In this document: positions 58,930 to 64,000 of the stretch, piece after piece
Position numbering within the stretch: position 1 is the stretch's first letter
How the letters are laid out: the number at the start of each line of letters is the position of its first letter
NCBI GenBank assembly: GCA_016198685.1
Contig: JACQID010000004.1
Span: forward strand, 192,001-256,000
From: Candidatus Aenigmatarchaeota archaeon
GTDB taxonomy: Archaea > Aenigmatarchaeota > Aenigmatarchaeia > GW2011-AR5
Length of the DNA stretch: 64,000 nt
Direction of reading: 5' to 3'
Program-made: the position numbers and the translations under genes
The notes under the pieces: model-generated
The model's database searches: none
Told to the model about the DNA's origin: nothing
Seen by the model: only the letters and a program-made list of their open reading frames with translations

Positions 58930-59100
58930 ACGGTAAAGTGCGTTTTTTGCGACGAAGAAACTATCATAGGCAATGACGATGGCCTCTTTGCAACGCCTAT
59001 AGGCAAAAAAGCTATATGTGACGGCTGCCTAGCCGAGCTGAAAGAAATTCTAGAACGTGAACTTGCAACTTCCTTCGAGCCTTCAACTGAAGAATTATGA
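58930..59100 (+). CDS. C4 zinc-finger protein with apparent ACG start (not in the ORF track)
   Basis: (M)VKCVFCDEE..ICDGCLAELKEIL; AGGAGGTGA SD 6 nt upstream. Confidence 0.6.
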   Translation, partial: TVKCVFCDEETIIGNDDGLFATPIGKKAICDGCLAELKEILERELATSFEPSTEEL

Positions 59101-59231
59101 TATTGCCAAAGCTCTTGCTTTATCCTAAACAGGTAAAGCTGATATAACTGACTATAAAGCTATGAGATAGTTCTTTTTCTACGCGTAAGCTTGCAACATT
59201 AAAATAAATGCGACAATCGCCAGAAGATTAA

Positions 59232-59281
59232 TTTTAAATATGTTGGTTAATAGACATAGTAACATGTCAGTTGACCGACAT
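59232..59281 (+). promoter_or_regulatory. TATA box plus two tandem ATGT-N10-ACAT palindromes (putative PadR operator)
   Basis: TTTTAAAT at 59232-59239; ATGTTGGTTAATAGACAT at 59240-59257; ATGTCAGTTGACCGACAT at 59264-59281. Confidence 0.65.
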
Positions 59282-59680
59282 ATTGAGGATATTACATTCA
59301 CGGCGCCCACGGCAGAAGAGATATTTGGACGAAGCAAGATAAGCGAAATCGAGCTTGGGCTTCTACAGATGCAGATACTCTGGATACTTAATAGGCAAAG
59401 TACCCATGGATATGAGATAATGAAGATGCTTTCGGAGCTCAAGAACACGAAAATAACGCAAGGGACGCTGTATCCTACCATGCAGAGGCTTGAAAGCCTT
59501 GGATATGTCAAGAGACGCGAAGAGGAGAGGAAAATAATGTATGATATCACCGCTGAGGGCAAGACTACACTGGACAACGCCTGCGCTTCCTTTACGCGGA
59601 CTTTCTTTGGGATATTCCACGATTACGTCTGCGGGAAATGTGTGACGCGCGATCTTGTAAATATAGGTGGTAAAAAATGA
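59264..59680 (+). CDS. PadR-family regulator with C-terminal Cys residues (ORF track start 59240)
   Basis: HGYEI, QGTLYP.MQRLE..GYV, RK.MY.IT..G; C...CGKC tail. Confidence 0.9.
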   Translation: MSVDRHIEDITFTAPTAEEIFGRSKISEIELGLLQMQILWILNRQSTHGYEIMKMLSELKNTKITQGTLYPTMQRLESLGYVKRREEERKIMYDITAEGKTTLDNACASFTRTFFGIFHDYVCGKCVTRDLVNIGGKK

Positions 59681-60411
59681 GTGAATTGATGATAGACGAT
59701 CTTCATGCTGAAATTGACGGCAAACAGATACTCAAAGGCGTGTCGCTGTGTATAAAGAGCGGCGAGACACATGCGATCATGGGGCCAAACGGAGCCGGAA
59801 AAAGCACGCTATCGCATGTGATAATGGGCCATCCTCGTTACACTATCACGAAAGGCGACATTAAGCTCGATGGGGAAAGCATATTGGAGCTTTCCCCTGA
59901 CAAGAGGGCGAAAAAAGGCCTATTCATGTCTTTTCAGTATCCGGCAGAAGTGCCTGGCGTAAGCATAGGCAGCTTCCTAAGAAGCGCTTATAATGCGGTT
60001 TCGGGCAAGGAAATGCCTGTTCTTGAATTTCAGAGACTTGTGAAGGATAGAACTGAGATGCTGGGCATAAAGCAGGATTTCATAAAACGCGGCCTGAATG
60101 AAGGATTTTCGGGCGGAGAGAAGAAGAAGTGCGAGATACTGCAACTGGCCGTGCTGAATCCAAAGATGGCGATACTTGATGAGACGGATTCCGGATTGGA
60201 TGTTGATGCGCTTAGAATAGTTTCGGATGGCATCAACAAGATAAAATTGGCGACAGGAATGGGCATCATGCTGATAACTCATTACAGCAGAATACTAAAG
60301 CAGGTCAAGCCGGATTTCGTTCACATAATGTCTGACGGCAAAATAGTGCAGTCTGGAGAAGGGACACTCGCGGTCCAGATAGAGGAGAGCGGATATTCTT
60401 CTTTAAAGTGA
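59677..60411 (+). CDS. sufC: Fe-S assembly ATPase SufC
   Basis: [40 protein letters not shown]. Confidence 0.97.
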   Translation: MSELMIDDLHAEIDGKQILKGVSLCIKSGETHAIMGPNGAGKSTLSHVIMGHPRYTITKGDIKLDGESILELSPDKRAKKGLFMSFQYPAEVPGVSIGSFLRSAYNAVSGKEMPVLEFQRLVKDRTEMLGIKQDFIKRGLNEGFSGGEKKKCEILQLAVLNPKMAILDETDSGLDVDALRIVSDGINKIKLATGMGIMLITHYSRILKQVKPDFVHIMSDGKIVQSGEGTLAVQIEESGYSSLK

Positions 60412-60415
60412 AAAT

Positions 60416-61831
60416 ATGGCAGAAGTTTCAAAAGAAATCCTTGAGATAAAGGAAGGCTATGAACAGAAGTACGGGTTCAGCGCCCCGGAAAACTATACGT
60501 TCAGGGCCCAAAAAGGATTGAATGAAGAAATAGTCAGGAAGATATCGGAAATCAAGGGCGAGCCCCAATGGATGATCGATTTTCGCCTGAAGGCGTTGAA
60601 GATATTCTTCTCAATGCCTATGCCAGTATGGGGAGCTGATCTTTCTCCAATAGACTTCAATAATATATTTTATTATATTAAGCCCACAGAAAAGCAGGGA
60701 AGAACATGGGATGAGATACCCGCGGAGATAAAAAATACATTTGATAGATTGGGCATACCTGAAGCCGAGCAAAAATTCCTTGGGGGCGTTGGCGCCCAGT
60801 ATGAAAGCGAATCTGTCTATCATCATATTAGAAAAGACCTTGAGGAACAGGGAGTAGTATTCCTTGACATGGATTCCGGTCTTCGTGAATATCCGGAGAT
60901 AGTAAAGAAGTATTTCGGCAAGATAATCCCGCCAGCGGACAATAAGTTTGCAGCTCTCAACAGCGCCGTATGGTCAGGAGGCTCCTTCGTTTACGTTCCC
61001 GAAGGCGTGAAAGTGGCTACGCCTCTGCAGGCATACTTCCGCATAAACGCCAAGAACATGGGGCAGTTTGAAAGAACTCTTATAATCACGGAACCCAATT
61101 CTTCTGCACATTATACCGAGGGATGCACCGCGCCGTCATATTCTACGGATTCGTTGCACGCGGCAGTAGTGGAAATACTTGCAAAGGAAAATTCAAAGCT
61201 GCGCTACACGACGATACAGAACTGGTCAAACAATGTTTATAATCTTGTAACCAAGAGGGCGCATGCACATAGAAACGCGGTAGTGGAATGGATTGACGGG
61301 AATTTGGGCTCAAAGATCACGATGAAGTATCCGTCCGTTTATTTGCTCGGCGAAGGCTCGCAGGCGAATATAGTTTCCGTGGCTTACGCTGGCAGAGGCC
61401 AGCATCAGGATGCCGGAGGCAAGGCAATACATATGGCAAAGAACACTTCGTCAACAATACTTTCCAAGTCCATAAGCAAGGACGGGGGCAAGACGACTTA
61501 CCGTGGTCTTCTTAAGGTGGCAAAAGGCGCAACAGGCGTAAAATCAAACGTCAGATGCGATGCCCTGATATTGGATAACAAGTCCGCTTCAGATACTGTG
61601 CCTTATATGGATGTCGCTGAAAAGAACGTCAGCATAACTCATGAAGCAACTGTCGGCAAGATAAGCGAAGAGCAACTGTTCTATCTGATGTCGCGCGGCC
61701 TTAGCGAGACTGAAGCTATGGGACTTGTAGTAAGAGGCTTCATAGAGCCGTTCACAAGGGAACTTCCTATGGAATATGCAGTTGAACTCAACCGCTTGGT
61801 GCAAATGGATATGGCGGGAGCAGTCGGGTGA
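60416..61831 (+). CDS. sufB: Fe-S scaffold SufB, intein-free
   Basis: [32 protein letters not shown]-type THEA. Confidence 0.97.
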   Translation: MAEVSKEILEIKEGYEQKYGFSAPENYTFRAQKGLNEEIVRKISEIKGEPQWMIDFRLKALKIFFSMPMPVWGADLSPIDFNNIFYYIKPTEKQGRTWDEIPAEIKNTFDRLGIPEAEQKFLGGVGAQYESESVYHHIRKDLEEQGVVFLDMDSGLREYPEIVKKYFGKIIPPADNKFAALNSAVWSGGSFVYVPEGVKVATPLQAYFRINAKNMGQFERTLIITEPNSSAHYTEGCTAPSYSTDSLHAAVVEILAKENSKLRYTTIQNWSNNVYNLVTKRAHAHRNAVVEWIDGNLGSKITMKYPSVYLLGEGSQANIVSVAYAGRGQHQDAGGKAIHMAKNTSSTILSKSISKDGGKTTYRGLLKVAKGATGVKSNVRCDALILDNKSASDTVPYMDVAEKNVSITHEATVGKISEEQLFYLMSRGLSETEAMGLVVRGFIEPFTRELPMEYAVELNRLVQMDMAGAVG

Positions 61832-61835
61832 TCTA

Positions 61836-62969
61836 ATGTTTACGTTAGAAGAGTCAACAAGGATCGCTGCAAGCGAACCTCAATGGGCAGCTGCAAAAAG
61901 AAAAGAAGCCGCGATAGCTTTTCTTTCCCAGCCTTCGCCTTCTGAAAGAGAAGAGGCATGGAGATATACCCTTATAGATAATTTTGATATAAACAAATCC
62001 ATATCATCCAAATCTTCTATAATATCGCACAGTCCTTTTGTCATTAAAATGGAAGACGCCCTCAAACAGAATAAAGAAGTGCTTGACACTATCTTCAGAG
62101 AAAAAAAACTGAATTGCGACAAGTTCGACTTCCTTAATGCCGCTTTCTGGACTTCAGGATATCTTGTATATATTCCGGAGAACACAAATGCGGGTTTCAT
62201 AGAAATAATCTTGCAATCCGGCATATCCCGTAATTTTATAATCATGGGAGCAAACTCCTCTGCAGAAATCTTGGAGCATATTGCGGGCGGAAACGGTCTG
62301 AATTCCAATTTTACTGAAGTCCATGCTCCGAAAGACGCCAAGCTTACTGTTCATTCACTTCATGATGTAGCTGATGATGTGAATGAATTCTCGTACAAGC
62401 GTGCATACATAGGAAGAAATTCAACAGTCAACTGGAACATTGGGCAGTTCGGAGGTTCGCTTAACCGGATAAAGGTTGAGAATTTTTTTGTCGGGCAAGG
62501 TGCGCATTCCCAAACCGTCGGAGTATTTTCCGGCGCAGGAAAGCAGCACATGGACCTTTCGACGAATGCATTCCACTCCGTACCCAATACATCCAACAAT
62601 ATTATAATTAAAGGGGCGCTGAAAGACAGCGCTTCAGAAGTCTACCGGGGCATGATAAAGATAGAAAAAGGCGCCCCGTCAACGTCATCTTATCTCTCTG
62701 ATCACGCTATAATGCTGGGCGAAAATGCTGTTTGCAACAGTATACCAAGCCTTATGATAGACAATAGCGACGTGCAATGTTCTCATTCGGCTTCAGCCGG
62801 CCAGGTTGATGAAGAAAAAATGCTTTATATGATGAGCAGGGGATTGTCGCGCGAGCAGGCAGAAACGATGATAGTTGAAGGCTTTTACGTTCCCATCATA
62901 AACGCAATACCTTCGCATGCCGTCAGGGAAAAAATGATGGACATGATAAGAAAGAGGATACTGTCATGA
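61836..62969 (+). CDS. sufD: SufD (ORF track start 61776)
   Basis: Beta-helix; YRGMIKI, SIPSL.I...DV.CSHSA. Confidence 0.92.
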   Translation: MFTLEESTRIAASEPQWAAAKRKEAAIAFLSQPSPSEREEAWRYTLIDNFDINKSISSKSSIISHSPFVIKMEDALKQNKEVLDTIFREKKLNCDKFDFLNAAFWTSGYLVYIPENTNAGFIEIILQSGISRNFIIMGANSSAEILEHIAGGNGLNSNFTEVHAPKDAKLTVHSLHDVADDVNEFSYKRAYIGRNSTVNWNIGQFGGSLNRIKVENFFVGQGAHSQTVGVFSGAGKQHMDLSTNAFHSVPNTSNNIIIKGALKDSASEVYRGMIKIEKGAPSTSSYLSDHAIMLGENAVCNSIPSLMIDNSDVQCSHSASAGQVDEEKMLYMMSRGLSREQAETMIVEGFYVPIINAIPSHAVREKMMDMIRKRILS

Positions 62970-64000
62970 ATATTGAGAAAATAAAATCGGATTTCCCTTT
63001 ACTTTCCCGCAAAGTGAATGGAAAACAACTTGTTTATCTTGACAGTGCCGCGACTTCGCAGAAGCCAAAGCAAGTCATAAGCGCCATAACTAATTATTAT
63101 GAGAATCATAATGCCAATGTGCATCGCGGAGTGCACAAGCTCAGCGAAGAGGCAACCGAAGCTTACGAAGGGTCGCGCAAGAAAATCGCAGACTTTGTCA
63201 ACGCAAAAGCGAATGAAATGATATTTACCAGGAACGCGACAGAGGGCATAAACCTTGTCGCCCAATCCCTTGGCTTTCGCAAAGGGGACGAAATAGTCTC
63301 CTCTGTAATGGAGCACCATTCAAATATAGTCCCTTGGCAAATGCTGAAGAGCAGGGGGGTAACCACTAGATTTGCCGACATAGATGAGGATGGAATCCTG
63401 AAGATGGATGATTATGAAAATCTTATAACAAAGAAGACGAAGCTCATTGCAGTTACTCACGTTTCGAATGTCTTAGGTACGATAAATAACGTGAAGAAGA
63501 TAGCTAAAATTGCACATGATGCAGGCGCGCTGCTGCTGGTAGATGCGGCTCAAAGTGTGCCGCACATGCCTGTAGATGTCAGGAATATAGAAGCGGATTT
63601 TCTCGTATTTTCCGGCCACAAAATGCTGGGCCCGACAGGGATAGGATGCCTTTACGGACGATCAGAGCTTCTTGATGCAATGCCGCCTTTCATGGGAGGA
63701 GGCGATATGATAAAGGACGTCAAGCTTGAGGGCACAATATACAACGATGTGCCTTACAAGTTCGAAGCTGGGACTCCTCATATAGCAGGAGCTGTAGGGC
63801 TTGGCGCTGCGGTGGATTATCTTGTTAAAATAGGAATGAAAAACGTGCATGAACATGAGAAGAAGCTGGTGAATTTTGCAACAACGGAACTGCAGATTAC
63901 GGAAACTTACGGTAATGCTCCGGAAAACGGCGGGATTGTGGCATTCAATGTCCATGGTCTTCATTCGCATGATGTTGCAAGCATGCTCGACGAAAACGGC
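62966..64000 (+). CDS. sufS: Cysteine desulfurase SufS, 3'-truncated by the window edge (not in the ORF track)
   Basis: ATG overlaps the sufD stop; YLDSAATSQKP, NANVHRGVH, MEHHSN, DAAQS, FSGHKM, FEAGTP. Confidence 0.95.
   Translation, partial: MNIEKIKSDFPLLSRKVNGKQLVYLDSAATSQKPKQVISAITNYYENHNANVHRGVHKLSEEATEAYEGSRKKIADFVNAKANEMIFTRNATEGINLVAQSLGFRKGDEIVSSVMEHHSNIVPWQMLKSRGVTTRFADIDEDGILKMDDYENLITKKTKLIAVTHVSNVLGTINNVKKIAKIAHDAGALLLVDAAQSVPHMPVDVRNIEADFLVFSGHKMLGPTGIGCLYGRSELLDAMPPFMGGGDMIKDVKLEGTIYNDVPYKFEAGTPHIAGAVGLGAAVDYLVKIGMKNVHEHEKKLVNFATTELQITETYGNAPENGGIVAFNVHGLHSHDVASMLDENG

Noticed and set aside
1-64000. Many 60-200 aa ORFs antisense to or overlapping recognised genes
   Set aside because: Shadow ORFs without motifs, fully explained by the well-supported gene on the other frame or strand

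Overview
Archaeal chromosome segment: it carries L40e, RFC small subunit, NucS, FtsZ, AK6-type adenylate kinase, intron-containing tRNAs with bulge-helix-bulge (BHB) junctions, TATA/BRE promoters and GGTGA Shine-Dalgarno (SD) sites. Gene content suggests a DPANN-type archaeon, but that is inference. Layout: (1) 1-12305 is the right part of an element integrated at tRNA-Tyr, with a tyrosine integrase, a Type I R-M locus containing a DUF262-HNH gene, a PD-(D/E)XK nuclease, tandem HTH paralogues and small Zn-finger genes. (2) A non-oxidative pentose-phosphate cluster (rpiB, rpe, tkt, LOG, tal, pgi, HAD). (3) Housekeeping genes and many peptidases, with four tRNAs, three of them intron-containing. 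(4) A two-gene island at tRNA-Thr(TGT): a six-repeat tandem-HTH protein coupled to a divergent SNF2-ATPase/methyltransferase fusion. (5) pepA-korA-korB (LAGLIDADG intein)-geranylgeranyl reductase. (6) Small stress-type membrane genes and a padR-sufCBDS operon cut by the window edge. Best leads are the HTH-array/SNF2-MTase pair, a k-turn guide in the tRNA-Met intron aimed at C34, the intein in the KorB CxxC motif, and tandem palindromic operators upstream of padR-suf. Family assignments come from motif recognition; no database search was run. No CRISPR array or rRNA was seen.
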